Virus record (IMG/VR): IMGVR_UViG_3300035182_001152
Strand: one strand, 5' to 3'
DNA from: a virus
Lineage: Duplodnaviria; Caudoviricetes
DNA: 64,000 bases
The notes under the pieces were generated by a model. The model was not told the origin of the DNA. It did not search any database and was given only the letters and a program-made list of their open reading frames with translations. The position numbers and the translations under genes were made by a program. This document shows, one piece after another, positions 28,933 to 37,874 of this stretch. Position 1 is the stretch's first letter. Each line of letters starts with the position of its first letter.

Positions 28933-29595
28933 ATGCCTCTGACGGTTGTAACTCTAACACAGTCACAGAATGAAGAAGGGCCCAACGGGGCCCTTCTTTC
29001 TCGGTGCAAGCAATCCGTAGCTAATGCACTACCTCCTGGGGCAAAGCACGAGATAGTGTTCTGCCCTCCGGAGAAGTTTGCAGAAGAACGAATGCGAACT
29101 GCGTTGATGGATGAATATGTGTGCTCTGTGGACGACGATGATGTGATAGACCCACGTGCATTGCGCGTTTGTCTTAAAGCTCTCCAGGAAACGGGTGCGG
29201 GACTGGCTTGCACGAATGAAGCTGAGACAGACATCAATCTCAACATCCGTTACGTAATGTCAGGAACCAAGTTGTACCAGAACGCTAGTCGTCACCCAAG
29301 AGTTCTTCACCACTTGGCGATGTGGCAGTCAAAGTTTGTGGATCCATACGCACTGGAATTGAACAACAAGTACACGGTGGGCATTGATTGGTTCATCAAG
29401 GTTAGCGCTGCGCTCCAAGGGGGTGCAGTACACATTCCAATGACGGGATATTTCTGGTGTCAGCACGAAAAATCAATGACCCACCAGGCCAGCAGAAACT
29501 ATCATTTCCGCGTCTCTGAGATGCGCAACGACGTGATTGCTAGGTGGGGAGATCGGCGCGGATTTATTCCGGTTTACCCAGAAGAAAAATGGTAA
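28933..29595 (+). CDS. Glycosyltransferase, GT-A fold (family 2-like)
   Basis: EYVCSVDDDDVIDPRAL (DxD), DWF...GGAVHIP..GYFW.QH. Confidence 0.7.
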   Translation: MPLTVVTLTQSQNEEGPNGALLSRCKQSVANALPPGAKHEIVFCPPEKFAEERMRTALMDEYVCSVDDDDVIDPRALRVCLKALQETGAGLACTNEAETDINLNIRYVMSGTKLYQNASRHPRVLHHLAMWQSKFVDPYALELNNKYTVGIDWFIKVSAALQGGAVHIPMTGYFWCQHEKSMTHQASRNYHFRVSEMRNDVIARWGDRRGFIPVYPEEKW

Positions 29596-29612
29596 CTCTT
29601 CTGCGAGTTAGC

Positions 29613-29619
29613 ATAAATA
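29613..29619 (+). promoter_or_regulatory. Late promoter (ATAAATA)
   Basis: GCATAAATA 163 nt upstream of gp32 start. Confidence 0.55.
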
Positions 29620-29678
29620 GATAGGTCAGTAATGACAGGGTAGAGAGGCTACCTTAATTGGGAACTGTTCCCAACCTC

Positions 29679-29707
29679 TTGACTTTATCCAGAAGTGAAA
29701 CTACAAT
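29679..29707 (+). promoter_or_regulatory. Sigma70-like early/middle promoter
   Basis: TTGACT-17 nt-TACAAT. Confidence 0.7.
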
Positions 29708-29781
29708 CTGTAGATGTGATCTTAGACATGAGTTCACAGACGAGAAGTTCAACAACAACTAGAAGAGAACAGGAAAACAAA

Positions 29782-30759
29782 ATGTCAAAAGCAAAAATGA
29801 GTCTGGCCGAACTGCGTGCGGCTTACAAGGAACCAGCTAAGGAAGGCGGTTCTGGCAACTCGAACTTCAACAAGTACTACCCCTTCTGGAAGATGAAGAA
29901 CGGCCAAAAGGCTATTGTTCGTTTCCTTCCGGACCGCGATGAGGGCAATCCCCGCGGCTTCATGGTAGAAAAAGTCAACCACAACCTCACGATCAACGGT
30001 CAGAAGAAGTCCGTCCCATGCTTGAGCATGTACGGTGAAGACTGCCCGATTTGCAAGGTGTCGCAAGACTACTACAAGGCAAACGACAAGGTCAATGGTT
30101 CGAAGTACTGGCGCAAGAAGAGCTACCTGGCTCAAGCAATCATCGTCGAAGATCCGCTGCCCGCAGATCCTGAGACTGGTGTGACCCACCAAGGTCAAGT
30201 GCGCAACATCACGGTCGGCTACCAGCTGAACGAAATCATCAAGGAAGCATTCGCTGACGAAGACGCGCTGCAAGGCGTGCCGTACGACTTCGAAGAAGGC
30301 CACGATTTCGTGATCAAGAAGTCCGAACAGGGCGAGTACTCCACATACACGATGGGTACGAAGTTCCAATCGAAGCAGCGTTCGCTGACCGAGGAAGAAC
30401 TGGTTGCTGTTGAAGAAGGCATGATCGAGCTGAAGACGCTTCTGCCGAAGAACCCTGGTGTTGAGAAGATCCGCGCCATGCTGAACGCTGACCTGAATGG
30501 TGAAGAATACCACGACGGCAAGTCGTCCAACTCGGACGACGGCGATGAAGATGGTGAAGCTCCTGTCCGTGCCAAGCCGGCTGCAAAGCCTGCACCTGCT
30601 AAGGTGACAAAGGTTGCAGAAGACGATGAAGACGCTGCTCCGTGGGATGAGCCAGCAAAGCCAGCTGCTAAGGCAGCACCGGCCGCAGCTGATGCAGGTT
30701 CTACGGACGTAGACGACATGCTCGCAGCAATTCGCGCACGTCGTAAGGCATCGACCTAA
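29782..30759 (+). CDS. gp32: Single-stranded DNA-binding protein, T4 gp32-like
   Basis: AIVRFLP, H...CLSMYGEDCPIC zinc site, YWRKKSYLA, acidic tail; AGGA SD before ATG 29782. Confidence 0.9.
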   Translation: MSKAKMSLAELRAAYKEPAKEGGSGNSNFNKYYPFWKMKNGQKAIVRFLPDRDEGNPRGFMVEKVNHNLTINGQKKSVPCLSMYGEDCPICKVSQDYYKANDKVNGSKYWRKKSYLAQAIIVEDPLPADPETGVTHQGQVRNITVGYQLNEIIKEAFADEDALQGVPYDFEEGHDFVIKKSEQGEYSTYTMGTKFQSKQRSLTEEELVAVEEGMIELKTLLPKNPGVEKIRAMLNADLNGEEYHDGKSSNSDDGDEDGEAPVRAKPAAKPAPAKVTKVAEDDEDAAPWDEPAKPAAKAAPAAADAGSTDVDDMLAAIRARRKAST

Positions 30760-30770
30760 TTGGTCTGGTT

Positions 30771-30800
30771 GGAGAGAGCCTAGGCTCTCTCCCTTTCCTT
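30771..30800 (+). terminator. Rho-independent terminator
   Basis: GGAGAGAGCC-TA-GGCTCTCTCC then CTTTCCTT. Confidence 0.6.
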
Positions 30801-30813
30801 TAAGGAGTGCCTC

Positions 30814-30999
30814 ATGCGCAAGCAAAATCGTCCGCTAGACACCTCCGAAACTCGCACAATCATTCAATCAAAGATTGAACAGATGTCCGTGCGTCAGCTT
30901 CTTCAACGAGATAGCTTAGTTTTGCAGGGATACACACAAGAAGAGGCCATTAAAATGGTCCTGGAGGTAACAAATGGCAAAAGCCAAATCGGTGTTTGA
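30814..30999 (+). CDS. Small hypothetical protein (61 aa)
   Basis: AAGGAG SD; overlaps uvsX start. Confidence 0.6.
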   Translation: MRKQNRPLDTSETRTIIQSKIEQMSVRQLLQRDSLVLQGYTQEEAIKMVLEVTNGKSQIGV

Positions 31000-32086
31000 C
31001 TTCGTTGAGAAGTTTGACAAAGAACTAGAGGGAATGGAGAACGTTGGTACGTCTTCACTTCCTCCTCGTTACTGGTATTCTACCGGTAACTATGTGCTGA
31101 ACCGAATCATTTCGGGCAGCTTCAAAAACGGAATTCCGCAAGGTCGAATTACCGACCTTGCTGGTCCGTCAGGCTCTGGTAAGAGTTTCATCTCTGCCAA
31201 CCTAGTTGCAGCAGCACAAAAGCAAGGCGCTTACTGCCTTGTGATTGACAGTGAAAACGCACTAGATAATGACTTCATATCGAAGATCGGCGTCGACGTT
31301 GAAAACAGCTACAAGTACCTCAGCGTCACAACGATTCCCGATGTGACAAAGGTTGTGTCCTCGTTCCTCAAGAAGTACAAGGAACAAGTGGGAGAGGCTG
31401 AAGATGCACCGCAAGTGCTGATTCTGATTGACTCACTGGACATGCTGATGACAGAAACCGAACTTGACCACTACGATAAGGGTGTGTCCAAGGGCGATCA
31501 AGGTCAGAAGAACAAGCAACTGAAGGCGATGCTTCGCACGTTCGTGCAAGACATCAAGCACCTCAATGTCGCTATGATCGTCACGTCGCAGGTGTACAAG
31601 AACCAAGACCTGTTGAACGGTGAAGGTGTGTGGATCGTCTCCGACGCTGTGAAGTACGCTGCATCCCAAATCATCTTGATCCAGAAGCGCAAGCTGAAGG
31701 ATGAAGGTAAGGGTGCAAAGGTTGGCGATTTCGCTGGCGTTCGCATGATCTGCGAAGGCTACAAGACACGTTTCACGAAGCCGTTCCAGAAGGTTGAAGT
31801 TGAAGTGCCGTATGAAACTGGCATGGATCCACTGTCTGGTCTGCTAGAAGTGGCAAAGGCTGTTGGGGTGATTGTCCAGCACGGCAGCTGGTACACAATG
31901 GCGGGCAAGGAGGAAAAGTGGCGCAGTTCCGACCTCGAAGCATACCTCGATGAAATTATCGAGGCGCTGGAAGCAAAGACCACAGCTTTCCTCGACGCAG
32001 ACGCTCCAACGGAGACAACTGATGATGGCGTTTCCGCCAAGCAGAAGCGAATGGCCAAGCACGCAGAAATGCAAGCAGCTGAATAA
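30974..32086 (+). CDS. uvsX: RecA-like recombinase UvsX
   Basis: GIPQGRITDLAGPSGSGKS, IDSENALD, LILIDSL, KTRFTKPF...VEVPYETGMD. Confidence 0.92.
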   Translation: MAKAKSVFDFVEKFDKELEGMENVGTSSLPPRYWYSTGNYVLNRIISGSFKNGIPQGRITDLAGPSGSGKSFISANLVAAAQKQGAYCLVIDSENALDNDFISKIGVDVENSYKYLSVTTIPDVTKVVSSFLKKYKEQVGEAEDAPQVLILIDSLDMLMTETELDHYDKGVSKGDQGQKNKQLKAMLRTFVQDIKHLNVAMIVTSQVYKNQDLLNGEGVWIVSDAVKYAASQIILIQKRKLKDEGKGAKVGDFAGVRMICEGYKTRFTKPFQKVEVEVPYETGMDPLSGLLEVAKAVGVIVQHGSWYTMAGKEEKWRSSDLEAYLDEIIEALEAKTTAFLDADAPTETTDDGVSAKQKRMAKHAEMQAAE

Positions 32087-32105
32087 ACTGTTGTAAGGTC
32101 AACCA

Positions 32106-32133
32106 AAACAGGTCATAGTGATATGACCTGTTT
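32106..32133 (+). terminator. Stem-loop between uvsX and HNH gene (terminator or translational repressor hairpin)
   Basis: AAACAGGTCATA-GTGA-TATGACCTGTTT, ending 5 nt before the HNH ATG. Confidence 0.55.
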
Positions 32134-32138
32134 CCCTT

Positions 32139-32684
32139 ATGCAAATCATCAAACGACAAACCGCTCAACAATCTGGCCTAAACAAGTACTTTACGGGTAA
32201 GCCATGCAAGTCCGGACATATATCAGAACGATATGTTCACAGTGGTGTTTGTATTGCTTGCCTACGTAAGAATGTTGATCGGTACCGGGCGAGTCACCGC
32301 GAAACTGTGAATCTGCGAACGAGGACTTGGCGAGACCATCACCCGGGATACTATACGGATCGCTATGCTTATGATTCATCTAAGTCCAAAGAATGGACTA
32401 AACGATGGAAACAAGCCAACCCAGCTCGTGTGGCGCTAATGCAGGATCGCCGCGGCGCCTTGTTAGCTCGTGCTACTCCTACGTGGGCGGAGGCAGAATT
32501 GATCAAGCAGGTATACCGCAAGCGTGATGAACTTAGCAAGGTGTGGAACATAGATCTGACGGTAGACCACATTATACCGATCCAAAGTGATACAGTGTGT
32601 GGGTTACATTGCTGGGCAAACCTTCAACTCATAGAAAGAAGCGATAATGGACGAAAACACAACAAATACATTACCGACTGGTAA
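32139..32684 (+). mobile_element. HNH homing endonuclease
   Basis: KYFTGKPCKSGH...CIAC N-terminus; ATPTWAE...VDHIIPIQSDTVCGLHCWANLQLI...NGRKHN. Confidence 0.85.
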
Positions 32685-33708
32685 GCCTCGACCAGCTGAA
32701 CAGCTAATCCGTGACAACTTGTTAGTTAAGCATTACGCGGGTAGCCGTGCCTATGGCACTAATTTGCCCACGTCAGATACAGATTTTCGTGGCATCTTTG
32801 TCGCTGACCCAATCAATGTGCGGACACCGTTCTATCCAATCACTGAGAAGGTGGACACAAGTGAGGAGGACACAGTAATCTACGAGTTGGCGCAGTTTAT
32901 GAAGCTGACGCTGGACTGCAACCCCAACGTGATTGAGACGCTTTGGGTTGATCGTCAAGACATCGTGACTACTTCTCCTGCTTATGAGGTTCTTCGTCAA
33001 AACGCAGGTGCCCTGCTATCAAGCAAAATTGCGTTTACTACGTCTGGATACGCCCTGTCACAACTGAAGCGGATCAAGGGCCACAACAAGTGGATCAACA
33101 ATCCGCAGCCGGAAAAACGTCCTCAGATGATTGACTTCATCTCACTCGTCCACAACTTCACAGGTGCAAAGACGTTCAAGATCGACCTGCGCAATTACCA
33201 AGACAATCACCGCCTGGTTCCATACAGTGGCGATACGTACGGTCTGTACCAAGTAAATGGCTATTCACCGTACAACGCAGAAACGGGTGCACTAAACGCA
33301 GACTATGAAGGTGACTCCAACGCGCTCGGTGTGCCGTTGTTCATCATCAAGTTCAACCGTCAGGTGTACTCTGACGCTGCAGAAACGTGGGAGAACTACT
33401 GGACGTGGAAAAAGAATCGCAATGTCGCGCGTAGTGCGCTCGAAGAGCCATTTGGTTATGACTGTTACACTGATGATACAGAATTTTTGACTAACACGGG
33501 ATGGAAACGGTTCGACGACGTCTCAGAGACAGATACTCTAGCCACGTTTAACCAATTATCGCATAAGATTGAATATCAAGCTCCGACAGAACGAATTGAT
33601 AGTAAGTTCACAGGCAATCTATACCATTTGACAGGGCATCACGTCGACACCCTCGTGACTTCAAATCACAATATGTACGTTCAGGACCTCGTATGGAAGA
33701 AAAACTAG
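32647..33708 (+). CDS. Pol-beta-superfamily nucleotidyltransferase N-part fused to an N-terminal intein fragment; no C-extein in the ORF
   Basis: GSRAYGTNLPTSDTDFRG; CNPNVIE; ends FGYD/CYTDDTEFLT...VTSNHNMYV...*. Confidence 0.85.
   Translation: MDENTTNTLPTGKPRPAEQLIRDNLLVKHYAGSRAYGTNLPTSDTDFRGIFVADPINVRTPFYPITEKVDTSEEDTVIYELAQFMKLTLDCNPNVIETLWVDRQDIVTTSPAYEVLRQNAGALLSSKIAFTTSGYALSQLKRIKGHNKWINNPQPEKRPQMIDFISLVHNFTGAKTFKIDLRNYQDNHRLVPYSGDTYGLYQVNGYSPYNAETGALNADYEGDSNALGVPLFIIKFNRQVYSDAAETWENYWTWKKNRNVARSALEEPFGYDCYTDDTEFLTNTGWKRFDDVSETDTLATFNQLSHKIEYQAPTERIDSKFTGNLYHLTGHHVDTLVTSNHNMYVQDLVWKKN
33463..33708 (+). mobile_element. Intein N-terminal splicing region only (81 aa)
   Basis: Block A CYTDDTEFLTNTGWK and block B VTSNH present; no block F/G (HN plus S/T/C) before the stop. 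Confidence 0.8.
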
Positions 33709-34220
33709 AGCACGTTCAGCGGCTGCTGAGCCTGTTTGATGACAGGGAGACTCACAAGACAGCGCACAATCGAGAGATTGCGGCTGCATTGAACGATGGA
33801 CTACTAACAGCGCTGTTTGAGCTGCTTGGACTCCCAACCGAGGACGTTGTTTGGGAGGATTTCTTCGTTCTCGACTCCGTGATCGTCGTTGCCGTCCAGA
33901 TAACATACGATACAGCGAAAGAACGCACGGAATTCCTGCGTTTAATTGCGCCTGTAAAGGCTGACAAAGACGTTACGCGAGTGACTCGCTCTGTCAAGTT
34001 TGGCATTCCTCTACTGAACGCGTTTGAGCCGTTGGATCAGATTAAACAACATTTGATCAACCTCGCTCGTGAAACGACCGCTGCTACAGAGGAACCTCCT
34101 GAACTTGTTGGACCACCTAAGCCACCACCCTCTACAAAATTCGACGCAGAGCCGCTGTCCGATGACCAACTAATAGCATTGATGGCCATGCGCCGTATCT
34201 CAAAGGCAACAAAACAATGA
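33693..34220 (+). CDS. Hypothetical protein
   Basis: 175 aa; AGGA SD; overlaps previous stop. Confidence 0.7.
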   Translation: MEEKLEHVQRLLSLFDDRETHKTAHNREIAAALNDGLLTALFELLGLPTEDVVWEDFFVLDSVIVVAVQITYDTAKERTEFLRLIAPVKADKDVTRVTRSVKFGIPLLNAFEPLDQIKQHLINLARETTAATEEPPELVGPPKPPPSTKFDAEPLSDDQLIALMAMRRISKATKQ

Positions 34221-34675
34221 GCAGAATTGCAGACTTGGGAGAAAAGAACATCAACTTACCAAAGCTGATTGGTGAGTATGAAGACGCTCTGTCAACAATC
34301 GACGACAACTTGAAGCTGTCGGGGAAGACCCACGATCAAGCACTCAAAGAGCAAGCAACGTGGCCAATTTACTACAGCCAACGGCGTGCTGAGCTAAAGA
34401 CGCTGATGAAGTACCTTGATGCACAGGTAGCTTCTGTACGCGGGTCGTTCTCACGCCGCTACAACGAAAACTACAGCACGAAGCTTGGTGAGCGCATGAT
34501 GGAGCGTTACATCGACAACGAGGAGGCATACGTCAAGATGTACGAACTGTACCTTGAAGTTGCCGAACTGCACGATAAGTTCGATGCTGCCGTTGACGCT
34601 TTTGACAAGCGGGGTTTCGCATTGCGAGACATCACCGCTGCACGTGTTGCACAGATCCAAAGCGCACTCTTATAA
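34217..34675 (+). CDS. uvsY: Recombination mediator UvsY-like
   Basis: All-helical 152 aa; MERYIDNEE...AFDKRGFALRDI pattern; adjacent to uvsW. Confidence 0.7.
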   Translation: MSRIADLGEKNINLPKLIGEYEDALSTIDDNLKLSGKTHDQALKEQATWPIYYSQRRAELKTLMKYLDAQVASVRGSFSRRYNENYSTKLGERMMERYIDNEEAYVKMYELYLEVAELHDKFDAAVDAFDKRGFALRDITAARVAQIQSALL

Positions 34676-34679
34676 CAAC

Positions 34680-36215
34680 ATGACAACAACAAGAAGCGAA
34701 TGCAAAATTCGCCTGCTAGATGAGGTTACAGCGTTTGTCGTCGGTCTGCGAGGAGAGCACCTGGAGGCTCTGTCGGACCGCTACGCCGTCAATGCAGCGA
34801 ACTATTTCTTCAACCCACGGTTCAAACTTGGACAGTGGGATGGTAAGATCCGTTACTTCCACAAGAACGGCAAGACGTACATTTACCTGTTAGATGACAT
34901 CCTGCCACGCCTGGTTAAACTAGGGTACAAAGTAACGATTGAAGACCTTCGCTCGCCAGCACCTCAACCAGAGTTGGCGACTGCTGATATGTTTAAGGAC
35001 GTGCTCCACCCGGATACAGGTGAGCCGATCATCCTGCGCGACTATCAGTACAACAATGTGAACAATCTAATTGAGCACGGTAACGGCTTAATTATTGCAT
35101 CAACTGGTGCGGGTAAGACGCTGTTGTCCGCATGTCTCGTTAACTCATACGGCAAGCTTGGCCTGAAGACGTTAACGATTGTTCCCAACCAGGATTTGAT
35201 CCGCAACACCAAGCAAGACTACATCAATTGCGGTCTCGATACGGGTGAGTATAGCGGCACATCAAAGACGCTCGAACATCAACACATCGTGTCAACGTGG
35301 CAAGCGTTGAAGAACAATCCAAAGATCATCGAACTGTTCCAAGTGATTCTTGTTGACGAGTGTCACGGTGCAAAAGGCAACGTGCTGCAAAAGATCCTAA
35401 CAGATCATGCAGCACGAATTCCGTACCGATTTGGTGTCACGGGCACGCTACCGAAGGATCCATCCGATGTGATGTCGATTAAGGTTGCTCTTGGGCCCGT
35501 TCGTGGAACCGTCACGGCAGCAGAATTGATGGATCGTGGTATTCTGGCACAGCTGCACATTGACGTCCTGCAGTTGGAAGAAGACTTACGCGACGAGTAC
35601 AACAAGTTCTGCGCTGAAGACGTTGTCAACGTTAAGCCACCTACATACACGGCGTTCAAGGACGCATACTTCGGTGATTTTGCAGCGGAAAAGTCGTACC
35701 TGCATCGCAAAAAGGATCGGATTGAGTGGATTGCAGACTTCTTGTGTGCTAAGCGTGACACGGGGAAGGGCAATGTATTGTGCCTCGTTGACAGTATTCC
35801 GTTTGGACGCCAGCTAGCAAACATCATCCCTAATGCAATCTTCGTCAATGGCCAGGATGTCAAGAAGTCTGAAGAGCGCCAGAAGATTTACGACTTGTTC
35901 AAGAACAACGACGATCTCGTTGTGATTGCAACTGTTCACATCGCAGGCACAGGCCTAAACATTCGACGAATCTTCAACCTCGTGATGGTTGACGTGGGCA
36001 AGTCTTTCATCCGTGTGATCCAGGCGATTGGTCGAGGATTACGCACAGCTGAGGACAAGAAGTCTGTGATTGTGACCGACATTTGTGGAGACCTCAAGTA
36101 CAGTAAAAAGCACTTGAAGGAACGGACAAACTACTACGAAGAAGCCCAGTACAAGTACAAAAAACACCAAATCGACTACGTTAAGCAGATGTCCGCTCTT
36201 GACGGGTTCGAATAA
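34680..36215 (+). CDS. uvsW: SF2 DNA helicase UvsW-like
   Basis: LRDYQ, STGAGKT, VILVDECH, FGVTGT, GLNIRRI, IQAIGRGLR; ATG 34680. Confidence 0.9.
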   Translation: MTTTRSECKIRLLDEVTAFVVGLRGEHLEALSDRYAVNAANYFFNPRFKLGQWDGKIRYFHKNGKTYIYLLDDILPRLVKLGYKVTIEDLRSPAPQPELATADMFKDVLHPDTGEPIILRDYQYNNVNNLIEHGNGLIIASTGAGKTLLSACLVNSYGKLGLKTLTIVPNQDLIRNTKQDYINCGLDTGEYSGTSKTLEHQHIVSTWQALKNNPKIIELFQVILVDECHGAKGNVLQKILTDHAARIPYRFGVTGTLPKDPSDVMSIKVALGPVRGTVTAAELMDRGILAQLHIDVLQLEEDLRDEYNKFCAEDVVNVKPPTYTAFKDAYFGDFAAEKSYLHRKKDRIEWIADFLCAKRDTGKGNVLCLVDSIPFGRQLANIIPNAIFVNGQDVKKSEERQKIYDLFKNNDDLVVIATVHIAGTGLNIRRIFNLVMVDVGKSFIRVIQAIGRGLRTAEDKKSVIVTDICGDLKYSKKHLKERTNYYEEAQYKYKKHQIDYVKQMSALDGFE

Positions 36216-36233
36216 CCAAGGTATACTTACACC

Positions 36234-36722
36234 ATGTTAATCTTCGACGGCAATTCGCAACCAATCATTCTTGACAGCATTCACGGTCCGACAGTAACAG
36301 AGCATATGTGGGTGCTCGACCTTGCAATGCTCGATTTCACTCTAGCGCCCCTGTTGATGCTGGAGGAGGTCGTATGCCCATCCATTCGTGTTCTAGTTCG
36401 TGGGTTTGAGTTCATTCTCCCCGCCAACTGGTCTGTCTTGGTGTACGATCGAGAGTCCGCACAACTCGATGTTGTGGAGCTAGCAGAAACTGCGGGGCGT
36501 GAATTCACAGCGTTTACGTATGGTCCTCAAAAGTCAGCTCCATCACCAGCAATCATCACCGTAACCAACTACTACGTTGAGCACAAAAACGTAGGTCCGT
36601 CGCTGAATAAGCACCAAATGCTGTGTCACCCCATTGGGCCTGACGAGTGGATCTGTGTATCCCCCAGCGATACGTACAATAAGTACCTAAAAGACATCAT
36701 CGTTGGTGACTTAATTGGTTAA
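36234..36722 (+). CDS. Hypothetical protein
   Basis: 162-aa ORF in operon. Confidence 0.7.
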   Translation: MLIFDGNSQPIILDSIHGPTVTEHMWVLDLAMLDFTLAPLLMLEEVVCPSIRVLVRGFEFILPANWSVLVYDRESAQLDVVELAETAGREFTAFTYGPQKSAPSPAIITVTNYYVEHKNVGPSLNKHQMLCHPIGPDEWICVSPSDTYNKYLKDIIVGDLIG

Positions 36723-36731
36723 GGAAAGAAC

Positions 36732-37106
36732 ATGGCATCAGATAAACACGTAAGTGTAGCAGAGTTGAAGACATTCATTGACGCAGTAGAGTTTGCGTCA
36801 GATGCAGACAACTGGATCCCAAGTCAGCGCCAATGGGAGCGAATTCGGTCGATGATTGACCGTCTCGAAGATGCTCCCGCACCACCTCCGCCTGCTCGAT
36901 ATGTGCCAGACAATCAACAGATGATGCAACTCCCTCAGCCATCAATGATGCAGGTTCCTCAAGGGGGGATGATGCCCAGTATGATGCAACCACCTCAGAT
37001 GCTGCCTCCAAACGCTCCATTTGCAGCAGGTAACCCAGCAATGCCTGTTCGCACGCCTGATATTGACACAATGGGGAAGCCGTACCAAAGTGCCTTCGCA
37101 GCTTAA
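36732..37106 (+). CDS. Hypothetical protein with M/Q/P-rich tail
   Basis: AAGGAA SD; 124 aa. Confidence 0.65.
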   Translation: MASDKHVSVAELKTFIDAVEFASDADNWIPSQRQWERIRSMIDRLEDAPAPPPPARYVPDNQQMMQLPQPSMMQVPQGGMMPSMMQPPQMLPPNAPFAAGNPAMPVRTPDIDTMGKPYQSAFAA

Positions 37107-37629
37107 CACACAACTGAAAGACCGCATTCTGTGGTTTGATGGCGACTCCTCGTATGAACCGAGGAGTTTGCTGTATGCAATGCGTCAAGCTGACGTCAAT
37201 TTCGTTACGGAATTGAATGAGATGGTTGCGGAATATAACCGCAATGTTGCCGCATCGCAAGAACTGCGGGTCAAAGAATCATGCGGTGAATTGTCGTTTG
37301 ATTGGACGATTCCTGACAAATACAAAACACTAGATGTGGTTGATTATCTGTTTCAAGCGCATCAAATGCTATTTGAGCACGTCAGTCCAACAGAGTTTGA
37401 TCAGCGTGAAAAGCGCCTTGCAGAGGAAGTTGTTCTGTATCAGAAGCTCGGTCTTTTTGACGTTTTGCGGGCCATTATTTGGATCATAAATACGTTGACC
37501 GCTACCAACACCGTCTGGGGTATTGGTAGAGGAAGTAGCGTGTCGTCATACGCGTTGTTTGTGGTAGGTGTTCACGATGTGGACAGTTACGCTTACGATC
37601 TGGACATAGACGACTTTTTGCACGAATAG
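37090..37629 (+). CDS. dnaE: DNA polymerase III alpha (DnaE)-like N-terminal fragment; start uncertain (GTG 37090 or TTG 37021)
   Basis: RLAEEVVLYQKLGL...VWGIGRGSSVSSYALFVVGVHDVD...DDFL matches DnaE GRGSxxGSLVxY.LGIT.VDP...FERFL. Confidence 0.75.
   Translation: MPSQLNTQLKDRILWFDGDSSYEPRSLLYAMRQADVNFVTELNEMVAEYNRNVAASQELRVKESCGELSFDWTIPDKYKTLDVVDYLFQAHQMLFEHVSPTEFDQREKRLAEEVVLYQKLGLFDVLRAIIWIINTLTATNTVWGIGRGSSVSSYALFVVGVHDVDSYAYDLDIDDFLHE
37486..37492 (+). promoter_or_regulatory. Possible late promoter inside the DnaE-N gene
   Basis: CATAAATA 147 nt upstream of 37640. Confidence 0.45.
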
Positions 37630-37639
37630 GACACCATCT

Positions 37640-37870
37640 ATGTCAAACGCAGTTAAGAGTGCTCGTGGTCAACTTGTTGATTTTGATCACTTGAAGATCA
37701 AGCAACAACTAGCCACAGCTCCAAAGCCAACCAATGTTAAGGCTCGTGAAGACTTCATCGACCAAAAATTCAAGCGTCGGTTGAAGAAGATCAGTCGTAC
37801 CATTGTTGACACCGCCGGTCCGGGTGACGACTTTGTCGACGAGGACGAAACACCAGAAGAAAGCCTATAA
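37640..37870 (+). CDS. Small hypothetical protein (76 aa)
   Basis: AGGA SD; operon position. Confidence 0.65.
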   Translation: MSNAVKSARGQLVDFDHLKIKQQLATAPKPTNVKAREDFIDQKFKRRLKKISRTIVDTAGPGDDFVDEDETPEESL

Positions 37871-37874
37871 CCAT

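Noticed and set aside
29785-30825. 346-aa minus-strand ORF, and similar antisense ORFs such as 16234..16809, 5513..5992, 9357..9917 and 24609..25343
   Set aside because: They shadow well-supported plus-strand genes, lack SD or motifs, and are expected from codon bias
36234-36722. Possible degenerate Hint-like fold for the beta-rich protein after uvsW
   Set aside because: No block A cysteine, TxxH or terminal Asn visible; cannot be supported without structure prediction
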